A stretch of DNA of 64,000 nt from Phyllobates terribilis. Lineage: Eukaryota. This document shows positions 1 through 13,700 of this stretch, piece by piece. The position numbers and the translations under genes are program-made. Location: NCBI RefSeq assembly GCF_046119375.1, contig NW_027362773.1:162130001-162194000 (forward strand), in the 5' to 3' direction. Within the stretch, counting starts at the first letter, position 1; each line of letters starts with the position of its first letter. A model generated the notes under the pieces. It searched no databases. It was not told the DNA's origin and saw only the letters and a program-made list of their open reading frames with translations.

Positions 1-2670
1 GCACGGACAATCCGCACGCACAATCCGCACGCACAATCCGCACGTACAATCCGCACGTACAATCCGCACGCACAATCCGCACGCACAATCCGCACGCACA
101 ATCCGCACGCACAATCCGCACGCACAATCCGCACGGACAATCCGCACGGACAATCCGCACGCACAATCCGCACGCACAATCCGCACGGACAATCCGCACG
201 TACAATCCGCACGCACAATCCGCATGCACAATCCGCATGTACAATCCGCATGCACAATCCGCATGTACAATCCGCACGCACAATCCGCACGTACAATCTG
301 CATGTAGAATCCGCATGCACAATCCGCATGTACAATCCGCACGCACAATCCGCATGTACAATCTGCATGTACAATCCACATGCACAATCCGCATGTACAA
401 TCCGCACGCACAATCCACATGTACAATCCGCATGCACAATCCGCATGTACAATCCGCATGTACAATCCGCATGCACAATCCGAATGTACAATCCGTATGT
501 ACAATCCGCATGCACAATCCGCATGTACAATCTGCATGTACAATCCGCATGCACAATCCGCATGTACAATCCGCACGCACAATCCACATGTACAATCTGC
601 ATGTACAATCCGTATGTACAATCCGCATGCACAATCCGCATGCACAATCCGTATGTACAATCCGCATGTACAATCCACATGTACAATCCGCATGTACAAT
701 CCGTATGTACAATCCGCATGCACAATCCGCATGCACAATCCGTATGTACAATCCGCATGTACAATCCGCATGTACAATCCGCATGTACAATCCGCATGTA
801 CAATCCGCACGTACAATCCGCATGCACAATCCGCACGCACAATCCGCACGTACAATCCGCACGTACAATCCGCACGTACAATCCGCACGTACAATCCGCA
901 CGCACAATCCGCACGCACAATCCGCATGCACAATCCGAATCTACAATCCGTATGCACAATCCGCATGCACAATCTGCATGTACAATCCGCATGCACAATC
1001 CGCATGTACAATCCGCACGCACAATCCGCATGTACAATCTGCATGTACAATCTGCACGCACAATCCGCACGCACAATCCGCACGCACAATCCGCATGGAC
1101 AATCCGCACGGACAATCCGCACGCACAATCCGCACGTACAATCCGCACGTACAATCCGCATGTACAATCCGCACGTACAATCCGCATGTACAATCTGCAT
1201 GTACAATCTGCACGCACAATCCGCACGCACAATCCGCACGCACAATCTGCACGCACAATCCGCACGCACAATCCGCACGTACAATCCGCACGGACAATCC
1301 GCACGCACAATCCGCACGCACAATCCGCACGTACAATCCGCACGTACAATCCGCATGTACAATCCGCACGCACAATCCGCACGTACAATCTGCAAGTACA
1401 ATCTGCACGCACAATCCGCACGCACAATCCGCACGCACAATCCGCACGTACAATCCGCACGGACAATCCGCACGCACAATCCGCACGCACAATCCGCACG
1501 CACAATCCGCACGTACAATCCGCACGCACAATCCGCACGTACAATCCGCACGTACAATCCGCACGCACAATCCGCACGCACAATCCGCACGTACAATCCG
1601 CACGGACAATCCGCACGCACAATCCGCACGCACAATCCGCACGTACAATCCGCACGTACAATCCGCACGTACAATCCGCACGTACAATCCGCACGCACAA
1701 TCCGCACGCACAATCCGCACGTACAATCCGCACGCACAATCCGCACGCACAATCCGCACGCACAATCCGCACGTACAATCCGCACGTACAATCCGCACGT
1801 ACAATCCGCACGTACAATCCGCACGCACAATCCGCACGCACAATCCGCACGCACAATCCGAATGCACAATCCGAATGTACAATCCGCATGCACAATCCGC
1901 ATGCACAATCCGCATGCACAATCCGCATGCACAATCCGCACGCACAATCCGCACGTACAATCCGCATGTACAATCTGCACGCACAATCCGCACGCACAAT
2001 CCGCACGCACAATCCGCACGTACAATCCGCACGTACAATCCGCACGCACAATCCGCACGTACAATCCGCACGTACAATCCGCACGTACAATCCGCACGCA
2101 CAATCCGCACGCACAATCCGCACGTACAATCCGCACGTACAATCCGCACGTACAATCCGCACGTACAATCCGCACGCACAATCCGCACGCACAATCCGCA
2201 CGTACAATCCGCACGTACAATCCGCACGCACAATCCGCACGCACAATCCGCACGTACAATCCGCACGTACAATCCGCACGCACAATCCGCACGTACAATC
2301 CGCACGTACAATCCGCACGTACAATCCGCACGCACAATCCGCACGTACAATCCGCACGTAGAATCCGCACGTACAATCCGCACGTACAATCCGCACGTAC
2401 AATCCGCATGTACAATCCGCACGTACAATCCGCACGTACAATCCGCACGTACAATCCGCACGCACAATCCGCACGTACAATCCGCACGTACAATCCGCAC
2501 GCACAATCTGCACGCACAATCCGCATGTACAATCCGCACGTACAATCCGCACGCACAATCCGCACGTACAATCCGCATGTACAATCCGCATGTACAATCC
2601 GCACGTACAATCCGCACGGACAATCTGCACGCACAATCCGCACGCACAATCCGCATGTACAATCCGCATG
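1..2670. repeat. 13-bp tandem satellite (CAATCCGCAYGYA), ~205 copies, runs off the window start
   Basis: Unit caatccgcacgta/caatccgcacgca/caatccgcatgta repeats without interruption and explains the repetitive ORFs at 237-2881. Confidence 0.97.
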
Positions 2671-2748
2671 CGTTTTGTTCTGCCAGGGAGATGCTGAAAC
2701 GCTCAGGAAAAATCCGGAGCATTTCTGCATCGTGGGCACACAGCCTTA
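2657..2748. mobile_element. Terminal arm of a MITE contiguous with the 13-bp array
   Basis: gtacaatccgcatgcgttttg...catttctgcatcgtgggcacacagcctta closely matches the dispersed copy at 51201-51281 (gtaaaatccgcatgcgttttt...catttctgcatcgtgggcacatagcctta). Confidence 0.7.
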
Positions 2749-3299
2749 CAATGGTTCTGTGAGTTTTAGGTGTTTTTGGACTGGATCCGCTGCAAAAAAA
2801 ACCCTCAGAAATGTCAGTGTGCACAGGGCCTTAGCGTCTCATGGCGTCCTGCCCTCAGCTTGGGGTCTCATCGGCTCTTAAATGGCTTTTCAGGCTTTTT
2901 TTGTAAATTTCTTTTAATTCTCAGCAGCACAATGGTCGTGTCTGGTGTCGCCACTCTGCCCTGTCTTGTACATGGTGCGGAGCCGCAGTCCCAGACACAA
3001 CCTGTGGATGATAGAGGCGCTGTTCAGAAAAAAACATGCAGACTTAATATGTTTTTATCATGAAAACTTCCACCTCCAGCTCGTCCCATTCCACACTCTG
3101 CTTCATATCGCTGCATGATGTCAGTAAATGGAACAATTCACTGCAAAGAAAGTGGAGTTTTGATTTAAATAAAAAAAAAAATTAAAAAAAAGTCAATTTA
3201 TTGATTAGAAGACGCCAATGATTCCCAAGCAGTCTTCTGTCATCTCCCATCCATTAATAATTATCGCACATTTCCCGCATCAAACATGGCCGACTTTAC

Positions 3300-3423
3300 G
3301 CTGCCCTTACATAACATGGCGGCACTCCACTTCCGTACACTCGCACCTTGAAGCGGAAGTGCCAGCGACAAAGATGGTGGCTGCAGTTTCCGCCGGTCGC
3401 GATTAATACGCTCTGCCAGGATC
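3300..3423 (+). promoter_or_regulatory. PTPMT1: PTPMT1 CpG-rich promoter/5'UTR with YY1-like and ETS/GABP motifs
   Basis: AACATGGCGGC (3313-3323), CACTTCCG (3328-3335) and GCGGAAGTG (3353-3361) lie just upstream of the ATG at 3424. An NRF1-like GCGCATGCGC is at 3583-3592 in intron 1. Confidence 0.6.
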
Positions 3424-3576
3424 ATGAGTTTACAGTCAGCTGCCACGCGAGTTCTATTCTATCCGACCCTGCTGTATAACGTTGTCATGGAGAAGATATC
3501 CCGCCGGAAATGGTATGACAGGATCGACGAGACCGTTATCCTTGGAGCGTTGCCCTTCCGGGGAATGAGTGACAAG
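3424..3576 (+). CDS. PTPMT1: PTPMT1 (mitochondrial phosphatidylglycerophosphate phosphatase) coding exon 1
   Basis: [51 protein letters not shown]; donor AAG|GTAAGC at 3576/3577, phase 0. Confidence 0.95.
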
Positions 3577-5078
3577 GTAAGCGCGCATGCGCAGTGTAAG
3601 TCTCAGCTGCGGCTGCGCACTGAGCGCAGAGCGGGGATGTGATGGAGTGTAGCTCCGCCATAATTGGCTCCACGAGCCATTCCTGTCCCAGCACAGGGAA
3701 TAAGGCCCATTAATGGCCGCCAGAGAGGAGCAGGACTCCTGTATCTGCCTGCATTTGTCGCCAGCCTTATGTGGAGCTATTTTCTGCTGGTTTCTCTTTT
3801 TCCGACATACCTTGTGCGGCCACACACCGCCCTGCACCGTCACACTGTGACCCGCACGATACCGCCATTGCTACAAGCAAAAAAACAACTGATAGCAGCT
3901 TTTCGAGATTTTCTTGTGGCAGCAACTGGCGACTCCTCGTACGGGGAGAACGTCCCCAAAAGTGTAGTTCAGGTTGAGAAAGAAAGCTAGACCCCAATAA
4001 TTTACTGCATGTGCGCCCATTTTGTGTCTCGTGGTTCCAGCTTTAAAGAGGTCCTGTCACCGGCCACCAGCAGCCATGTTTAGTTTTTATTTCAGTCCTG
4101 CTCCTCCCGACCGTTCCGGTTTTTGTTATAATCCGCCATACGATGAGAGAGATTCGGGCATTTTCATTGGCTACTAACTTTATGGTCTTTCCAAAGGGGC
4201 GGGGCTGACAGGGTAATTATGCAGCACAGCCAAAAGATACGCCCCCGAGGATCCTGATAGGTGTAAAAAAAAAATATACAAATTGGCACCAAGCAAAAAG
4301 CCCCGATCCTTGGAGCCGTATGGCGGATTTCAGAAATAAAAAAAATCCTGACTATTCAGGAGCAGCGGGAATAAGATAAGAGCACTTTTCACCTGGTGTC
4401 GGGGCCTATTTAAGGTTTTTTTTGCTTCAAATTCTTTTACGTTGCGCCTATTTTGAAGATTATTTTACACTTGTTTGTCTCTTTTTTCGCTTTTTTTTGT
4501 TGTGGGCACGGTTTTTAAAATGAGATCTTTGCAGATGATTAATTATTTGCAACTTTAAAAAAAAACACACACCATTTTTTTTTTTTGCTGAAGCGTGCTC
4601 CAGTTCACGGAGTGATTTTTATTTATTTTTTCTTTCTTTTGAACATCAGAAATTTGTACACAAATATTAGAGTCGCGTGCAACAATCTGGAATCGTGATA
4701 CTTTTTGCTTTAAAAAAAAAAAGGTGCAAAAGCGTAAAAGTTAAAAATAAAGTTAATTTTCGCTGTCGCACTTAACTCGGGCGTCATTTTGAAGAATTTT
4801 GCACAAATAATGACGGGATGGGATAACATGGGACCTGCACCTTCTTTTTTACCCAACAGAACGCATGAACAGGAGAGGGGTTTTATAGTAGAAGACAATA
4901 GAAAAAGTCTTTCAAGCGATTTTTCAGGAGTTTTTTGGAAGTGACTCACTCCACAAACCTACACACAGCCTTACATACCAGCGGGAACAAGCAATCAACC
5001 CAGTTGCATCTGCTCGGCTGAGGGTCATTATCGGCTTTGGTTCCTTGTATTTCCTAATGACAGTGACGTCTTTTGCAG

Positions 5079-5159
5079 TTAATTAAAGAAGAGAACGTAC
5101 GTGGAGTCATCACTATGAATGAAGAATATGAGACCAGACTGCTCAGCCCCTCGTCTCAG
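5079..5159 (+). CDS. PTPMT1: PTPMT1 exon 2
   Basis: ttttgcag|LIKEENVRGVITMNEEYETRLLSPSSQ|gtgcga; 81 nt, phase 0-0. Confidence 0.95.
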
Positions 5160-5260
5160 GTGCGACTGCCGTCTCCAATGTCTAAGAAGTCGGTCCTGAT
5201 ATCACTCAGATATGATCACACTCTGGGGCCTCCACTAATCCTGAGAATGGAGGGGATGTA

Positions 5261-8200
5261 GCTCTGCATCTGAGCAGCTGGATACGTCAGAGCACCGCTC
5301 TGCATCCTCTGCACAGTCAGGATGCAATGTTTATCCCCTGCACAGTCAGGACAGCTACAGTCTCCTGTACAGCTGGATACATCGGAGCACCGCTCTGCAT
5401 CCTCTGCACAGTCAGGACGGCTGCAGTCTCCTGTACAGCTGGATACATCGGAGCACCGCTCTGCATCCTCTGCACAGTCAGGATGCAATGTTTATCCCCT
5501 GCACAGTCAGGACGGCTGCAGTCTCCTGTACAGCTGGATACATCGGAGCACCGCTCTGCATCTTCTGCACAGTCAGGACGGCTACAGTCTCCTGTACAGC
5601 TGGATACATCGGAGCACCGCTCTGCATCTTCTGCACAGTCAGGACGGCTACAGTCTCCTGTACAGCTGGATACATCGGAGCACCGCTCTGCATCCTCTGC
5701 ACAGTCAGGACGGCTGCAGTCTCCTGTACAGCTGGATACATCGGAGCACCGCTCTGCATCCTCTGCACAGTCAGGACGGCTGCAGTCTCCTGTACAGCTG
5801 GATACATCGGAGCACTGCTCTGCATCTTCTGCACAGTCAGGACGGCTGCAGTCTCCTGTACAGCTGGATACATCGGAGCACCTCTCTGCATCTTCTGCAC
5901 AGTCAGGACGGCTGCAGTCTCCTGTACAGCTGGATACATCGGAGCACCGCTCTGCATCCTCTGCACAGTCAGGACGGCTGTAGTCTCCTGTGCAGCTGGA
6001 TACATCGGAGCACCGCTCTGCATCTTCTGCACAGTCAGGACGGCTGTAGTCTCCTGTACAGCTGGATACATCGGAGCACCGCTCTGCATCTTCTGCTCAG
6101 TCAGGACGGCTGCAGTCTCCTGTACAGCTGGATACATCGGAGCACCGCTCTGCATCCTCTGCACAGTCAGGACGGCTGCAGTCTCCTGTACAGCTGGATA
6201 CATCGGAGCACCGCTCTGCATCCTCTGCACAGTCAGGACGGCTGCAGTCTCCTGTACAGCTGGATACATCGGAGCACCTCTCTGCATCCTCTGCTCAGTC
6301 AGGACGGCTGCAGTCTCCTGTAGAGCTGGATACATCGGAGCACCGCTCTGCATCCTCTGCACAGTCAGGACGGCTGCAGTCTCCTGTACAGCTGGATACA
6401 TCGGAGCACCGCTCTGCATCTTCTGCACAGTCAGGACGGCTGCAGTCTCCAGTACAGCTGGATACATTGGAGCACCGCTCTGCATCTTCTGCACAGTCAG
6501 GATGGCTGCAGTCTCCTGTACAGCTGGATACATCGGAGCACCGCTCTGCATCTTCTGCACAGTCAGGACGGCTGCAGTCTCCTGTACAGCTGGATACATC
6601 GGAGCACCGCTCTGCATCTTCTGCTCAGTCAGGACGGCTGCAGTCTCCAGTACAGCTGGATACATTGGAGCACCGCTCTGCATCTTCTGCACAGTCAGGA
6701 CGGCTGCAGTCTCCTGTACAGCTGGATACATCGGAGCACCGCTCTGCATCTTCTGCACAGTCAGGATGGCTGCAGTCTCCTGTACAGCTGGATACATCGG
6801 AGCACCGCTCTGCATCTTCTTCACAGTCAGGACGGCTGCAGTCTCCTGTACAGCTGGATACACCGGAGCACCGCTCTGCATCTTCTGCTCAGTCAGGACG
6901 GCTGCAGTCTCCTGTACAGCTGGATACATCGGAGCACCGCTCTGCATCTTCTTCACAGTCAGGACGGCTGCAGTCTCCTGTACAGCTGGATACATCGGAG
7001 CACCGCTCTGCATCTTCTTCACAGTCAGGATGGCTGCAGTCTCCTGTACAGCTGGATACATCGGAGCACCGCTCTGCATCTTCTGCTCAGTCAGGACGGC
7101 TGCAGTCTCCTGTACAGCTGGATACATCGGAGCACCGCTCTGCATCCTCTGCACAGTCAGGACGGCTGCAGTCTCCTGTACAGCTGGATACATCGGAGCA
7201 CCGCTCTGCATCTTCTGCACAGTCAGGATGGCTGCAGTCTCCTGTACAGCTGGATACATCGGAGCACCTCTCTGCATCCTCTGCTCAGTCAGGACGGCTG
7301 CAGTCTCCTGTACAGCTGGATACATCGGAGCACCGCTCTGCATCCTCTGCACAGTCAGGACGGCTGCAGTCTCCAGTACAGCTGGATACATTGGAGCACC
7401 GCTCTGCATCTTCTGCACAGTCAGGATGGCTGCAGTCTCCTGTACAGCTGGATACATCGGAGCACCGCTCTGCATCTTCTGCACAGTCTGGACGGCTGCT
7501 GTTTCCTGTACAGCTGGATACATCGGAGCACCGCTCTGCATCCTCTGCACAGTCAGGACGGCTGCAGTCTCCTGTACAGCTGGATACATCGGAGCACCGC
7601 TCTGCATCCTCTGCACAGTCAGGACGGCTGCAGTCTCCTGTACAGCTGGATACATCGGAGCACCGCTCTGCATCCTCTGCACAGTCAGGACGGCTGCAGT
7701 CTCCTGTACAGCTGGATACATCGGAGCACCTCTCTGCATCCTCTGCTCAGTCAGGACGGCTGCAGTCTCCTGTAGAGCTGGATACATCGGAGCACCGCTC
7801 TGCATCCTCTGCACAGTCAGGACGGCTGCAGTCTCCTGTACAGCTGGATACATCGGAGCACCGCTCTGCATCTTCTGCACAGTCAGGATGGCTGTAGTCT
7901 CCTGTACAGCTGGATACATCGGAGCACCGCTCTGCATCTTCTGCACAGTCAGGACGGCTGCAGTCTCCTGTACAGCTGGATACATCGGAGCACCGCTCTG
8001 CATCTTCTGCACAGTCAGGACGGCTGCAGTCTCCTGTACAGCTGGATACATCGGAGCACCGCTCTGCATCTTCTGCACAGTCAGGACGGCTGCAGTCTCC
8101 TGTACAGCTGGATACACCGGAGCACCGCTCTGCATCTTCTGCTCAGTCAGGACGGCTGCAGTCTCCTGTACAGCTGGATACATCGGAGCACCGCTCTGCA

Positions 8201-9708
8201 TCTTCTTCACAGTCAGGATGGCTGCAGTCTCCTGTACAGCTGGATACATCGGAGCACCGCTCTGCATCTTCTGCTCAGTCAGGACGGCTGCAGTCTCCTG
8301 TACAGCTGGATACATCGGAGCACCGCTCTGCATCCTCTGCACAGTCAGGACGGCTGCAGTCTCCTGTACAGCTGGATACATCGGAGCACCGCTCTGCATC
8401 TTCTGCACAGTCAGGATGGCTGCAGTCTCCTGTACAGCTGGATACATCGGAGCACCTCTCTGCATCCTCTGCTCAGTCAGGACGGCTGCAGTCTCCTGTA
8501 CAGCTGGATACATCGGAGCACCGCTCTGCATCCTCTGCACAGTCAGGACGGCTGCAGTCTCCAGTACAGCTGGATACATTGGAGCACCGCTCTGCATCTT
8601 CTGCACAGTCAGGATGGCTGCAGTCTCCTGTACAGCTGGATACATCGGAGCACCGCTCTGCATCTTCTGCACAGTCTGGACGGCTGCTGTTTCCTGTACA
8701 GCTGGATACATCGGAGCACCGCTCTGCATCCTCTGCTCAGTCAGGACGGCTGCAGTCTCCTGTACAGCTGGATACATCGGAGCACCGCTCTGCATCTTCT
8801 GCACAGTCAGGACGGCTGCAGTCTCCTGTACAGCTGGATACATCGGAGCACCGCTCTGCATCCTCTGTACAGTCAGGACGGCTGCAGTCTCCTGTACAGC
8901 TGGATACATCGGAGCACCGCTCTGCATCCTCTGTACAGTCAGGACGGCTGCAGTCTCCTGTACAGCTGGATACATCGGAGCACCGCTCTGCATCCTCTGT
9001 ACAGTCAGGACGGCTGCAGTCTCCTGTACAGCTGGATACATCGGAGCACCGCTCTGCATCTTCTGCACAGTCAGGACGGCTGCAGTCTCCTGTACAGCTG
9101 GATACATCGGAGCACCGCTCTGCATCCTCTGCACAGTCAGGACGGCTGCAGTCTCCTGTACAGCTGGATACATCGGAGCACCGCTCTGCATCTTCTGCAC
9201 AGTCAGGATGGCTGCAGTCTCCTGTATAGCTGGATACACCGGAGCACCGCTCTGCATCCTCTGCACAGTCAGGACGGCTGCAGTCTCCTGTACAGCTGGA
9301 TACATCGGAGCACCGCTCTGCATCTTCTGCACAGTCAGGACAGCTGCAGTCTCCTGTACAGCTGGATACACCGGAGCACCGCTCTGCATCCTCTACACAG
9401 TCAGGACGCACTGTCTGCACTGTTTATCCCCTGCACAGTCAGGATGGCTGCAGTCTCCTGTACAGCTGGATACACCGGAGCACCGCTCTGCATCCTCTGC
9501 ACAGTCAGGACGGCTGCAGTCTCCTGTACAGCTGGATACATCGGAGCACCGCTCTGCATCTTCTGCACAGTCAGGACGGCTGCAGTCTCCTGTACAGCTG
9601 GATACACCGGAGCACCGCTCTGCATCCTCTGCACAGTCAGGACGCACTGTCTGCACTGTTTATCCCCTGCACAGTCAGGATGGCTGCAGTCTCCTGTACA
9701 GCTGGATG
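5261..9708. repeat. 66-bp tandem satellite, ~66 copies, in PTPMT1 intron 2
   Basis: Unit ctgcagtctcctgtacagctggatacatcggagcaccgctctgcatcttctgcacagtcaggacgg; produces the 22-aa periodic ORFs of 1303 and 1417 aa. Confidence 0.97.
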
Positions 9709-10103
9709 GGCCGGAGCGCTGCTGAGCAGGAGACAAATTAGTAGAGTTCACAGCACTCCAGCCTCCTTTCATCCCCTTCATTCTCAGGATCAGTTCTCCC
9801 CATTATAAAATGGCACAGCAGCTCGGACCCCCGAACACCGCTCCACTCATTCTCTCTGGAGCAGCTGGGGGCAGCACATAGAGAATGAATGCGGCGGTGC
9901 TCGAGCGCGTGCACTACCACTCATTCTACCCGGACAAGAGCCCTGCTCTGCCTGATGCTGCGGGTCCCAGTGGTCGGACCCCCATCAATCAATGACATAT
10001 CCTCTATCCTATGGATGACTTGTTTTCACCCTTTACTTTGCCCCCCATGTATTATTCTCCCATTTTCTTGTACCCCTCCATGATCGCTCTTCTTTCTTCC
10101 CAG

Positions 10104-10295
10104 GAGTGGGAAGCTTTGGGGGTGGAACAGCTGAGGCTCAGCACCGTTGACTTCACCGGGGTCCCCACCCTCGAGCACTTACAGAAGGGGGTAGAGTTTG
10201 TTCACAAGCATAGGACAATGGGCAACAGCGTTTACATCCACTGTAAGGCCGGCCGCTCCCGCAGCGCCACAATGGTGGCTGCTTACCTGATAGAG
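10104..10295 (+). CDS. PTPMT1: PTPMT1 exon 3 (catalytic HCKAGRSRS, CX5R)
   Basis: ttcccag|EWEALGVEQLRLSTVDFTGVP...VYIHCKAGRSRSATMVAAYLIE|gtaaga; 192 nt, phase 0-0. Confidence 0.97.
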
Positions 10296-10600
10296 GTAAG
10301 ATCTGCCAATAATCCCGGACTCATCCCATTAGGACCCCCATATTGATCCTCATTACATTAATACTGATATATATATATATCTATATCATTAGTGCATGTG
10401 TCCTGATTACTGCACCCATCATATTTACCCTGCAAATTACATCTCCGGGAAATACCTAGTGCGAGATGATAAGTCTGATCAGCTTTCCGTGCAGCCACCT
10501 GGCATTGAGTGCTATCGGTCACGCTCTTCTCAGATTGCATACTGGATTGTGGTTATTACGATTCTGGAGCACTGCCATTATTTTTTATTCTTTCTTGCAG

Positions 10601-10744
10601 AGATATAAGTGGAAACCAGATGTTGCCAGCGCCTCCATAGCGGAAATCCGTCCACACATCCTGATCCGCGGCCGACAGCACCAAATGCTGGAGAAGTTCT
10701 ACCTCCTAGTGACCAAGTCGGACTCCCCGGGACACGGAGGGTGA
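10601..10744 (+). CDS. PTPMT1: PTPMT1 exon 4 (to stop)
   Basis: tttcttgcag|RYKWKPDVASASIAEIRPHILIRGRQHQMLEKFY...GHGG*; total ORF 189 aa. Confidence 0.93.
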   Translation, partial: RYKWKPDVASASIAEIRPHILIRGRQHQMLEKFYLLVTKSDSPGHGG

Positions 10745-10778
10745 CATGAAGCTGAACTCTTGTAGTGGGGATTTTGTA

Positions 10779-10784
10779 AATAAA
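10779..10784 (+). terminator. PTPMT1: PTPMT1 polyadenylation signal AATAAA
   Basis: AATAAA 35 nt after the stop codon, followed by tgtgttt. Confidence 0.65.
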
Positions 10785-10799
10785 TGTGTTTCTGGTCCA

Positions 10800-13700
10800 C
10801 GCGTGCCGTCGCCTGTGTGTGTATTATACGCGCGCGCCGTCGCCTGTGTGTGTATTATACGCGCGCGCCGTCGCCTGTGTGTGTATTATACGCGCGCGCC
10901 GTCGCCTGTGTGTGTATTATACGCGCGCGCCGTCGCCTGTGTGTGTATTATACGCGCGCGCCGTCGCCTGTGTGTGTATTATACGCGCGCGCCGTCGCCT
11001 GTGTGTGTATTATACGCGCGCGCCGTCGCCTGTGTGTGTATTATACGCGCGCGCCGTCGCCTGTGTGTGTATTATACGCGCGCGCCGTCGCCTGTGTGTG
11101 TATTATACGCGCGCGCCGTCGCCTGTGTGTGTATTATACGCGCGTACCGTCGCCTGTGCGTGTATTATACGCGTGTGCCGTAGCCTGTGCGTGTATTATA
11201 CGCGCGCGCCGTCGCCTGTGCGTGTATTATACGTGCGCGCTGTCGCCTGTGTGTGTATTATACACGTGTGCCGTCACCCGTGCGTGTATTATACGCGTGT
11301 GCCGTTGCCTGTGTGTGTATTATACGCGCGCGCCGTTGCCTGTGCGTGTATTATACGCGCGCGCCGTCGCCTGTGCGTGTATTATACGTGCGCGCTGTCG
11401 CCTGTGCGTGTATTATACGTGCGCGCTGTCGCCTGTGTGTGTATTATACACGTGTGCCGTCACCCGTGCGTGTATTATACGCGTGTGCCGTTGCCTGTGT
11501 GTGTATTATACGCGCGCGCCGTTGCCTGTGCGTGTATTATACGTGCGCGCTGTCGCCTGTGTGTGTATTATACACGTGTGCCGTCACCCGTGCGTGTATT
11601 ATACGCGTGTGCCGTCACCTGTGTGTGTATTATACGCGCGCGCCGTTGCCTGTGCGTGTATTATACGCGCGCGCCGTCGCCTGTGCGTGTATTATACGTG
11701 CGCGCTGTCGCCTGTGTGTGTATTATACACGTGTGCCGTCACCCGTGCGTGTATTATACGCGTGTGCCGTTGCCTGTGTGTGTATTATACGCGCGCGCCG
11801 TTGCCTGTGCGTGTATTATACGCGCGCGCCGTCGCCTGTGCGTGTATTATACGTGCGCGCTGTCGCCTGTGCGTGTATTATACGTGCGCGCTGTCGCCTG
11901 TGCGTGTATTATACGTGCGCGCTGTCACCCGTGCGTGTATTATACGCGTTCGCCGTCACCCGTGCATGTATTATACGCGCGCGCCGTCGCCTGTGTGTAT
12001 TATACGCGTGTGCCGTCACCCGTGCGTGTATTATACGCGCGCGCGCGCCGTCGCCTGTGTGTATTATACGCGTGTGCCGTCACCTGTGCGTGTATTATAC
12101 GCGTGCGCCGTCACCCGTGCGTGTATTATACGCGCGCGCCGTCGCCTGTGTGTATTATACGCGCGCGCCGTCGCCTGTGTGTATTATACGCGCGTGCCGT
12201 CACCCGTGCGTGTATTATACGCGCGTGCCGTCACCCGTGCGTGTATTATACGCGCGTGCCGTCTCCCATGCGTGTATTATACGCGTGTGCCATCACCTGT
12301 GCGTGTATTATACGTGCGCGCTGTCACCCGTGCGTGTATTATACGCGTTCGCCGTCACCCGTGCATGTATTATACGCGCGCGTGCGCCGTCGCCTGTGTG
12401 TATTATACGCGTGTGCCGTCACCCGTGCGTGTATTATACGCGCGCGCGCGCCGTCGCCTGTGTGTATTATACGCGTGTGCCGTCACCTGTGCGTGTATTA
12501 TACGCGCGCGCCGTCACCCGTGCGTGTATTATACGCGTGCGCCGTCGCCCGTGCATTATACGCGTGCGCCGTCACCCGTGCGTGTATTATACGCGTGCGC
12601 CGTCACCCGTGCGTGTATTATACGCGTGCGCCGTCACCCGTGCGTGTATTATACGCGCGCGCCGTCGCCTGTGTGTATTATACGCGCGTGCCGTCACCCG
12701 TGCGTGTATTATACGCGCGTGCCGTCTCCCGTGCGTGTATTATACGCGTGTGCCGTCACCCGTGCGTGTATTATACGCGTGCGCTGTCACCCGTGCGTGT
12801 ATTATACGCGCGCGCGCCGTCGCCTGTGTGTATTATATGCGTGCGCCGTCACCCGTGCGTGTATTATACGCGTGTGCCGTCACCCGTGCGTGTATTATAC
12901 GCGCGCGCCGTCTCCCGTGCGTGTATTATACGCGTGTGCCGTCACCTGTGCGTGTATTATACGCGCGCGCCGTCACCCGTGCGTGTATTATACGCGCGCG
13001 CGCCGTCGCCTGTGTGTATTATACGCGTGCGCCGTCACCCGTGCGTGTATTATACGCGTGTGCCGTCACCCGTGCGTGTATTATACGCGCGCGCCGTCTC
13101 CCGTGCGTGTATTATACGCGTGTGCCGTCACCTGTGCGTGTATTATACGCGTGCGCCGTCGCCCGTGCATTATACGCGTGCGCCGTCACCCGTGCGTGTA
13201 TTATACGCGCGCGCCGTCTCCTGTGCGTGTATTATACGCGCGTGCCGTCACCCGAGCGTGTATTATACGCGCGCGCCGTCACCCGAGCGTGTATTATACG
13301 CGTGCGCCGTCACCCGTGCGTGTATTATACGCGCGTGCCGTCTCCCGTGCGTGTATTATACGCGTGTGCCGTCACCTGTGCGTGTATTATACGCGCGCGC
13401 CGTCACCCGTGCGTGTATTATACGCGTGCGCCGTCGCCCGTGTATTATACGCGCGCGCCGTCTCCTGTGCGTGTATTATACGCGCGTGCCGTCACCCGAG
13501 CGTGTATTATACGCGTGCGCCGTCACCTGTGCGTGTATTATACGCGTGCGCCGTCACCCGTGCGTGTATTATACGCGTGTGCCGTCACCCGTGCATGTAT
13601 TATACGCGCGCGCCGTCTCCTGTGCGTGTATTATACGCGCGTGCCGTCACCCGAGCGTGTATTATACGCGCGCGCCGTCACCCGAGCGTGTATTATACGC

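Noticed and set aside
237-2881. 600-840 aa ORFs in four frames
   Set aside because: Translations of a 13-bp satellite that lacks stop codons; open in several frames and on both strands, with no domain.
5322-9781. 1303- and 1417-aa Cys-rich ORFs resembling EGF or mucin repeats
   Set aside because: 66-bp satellite inside PTPMT1 intron 2, open on both strands; the periodicity is at DNA level.
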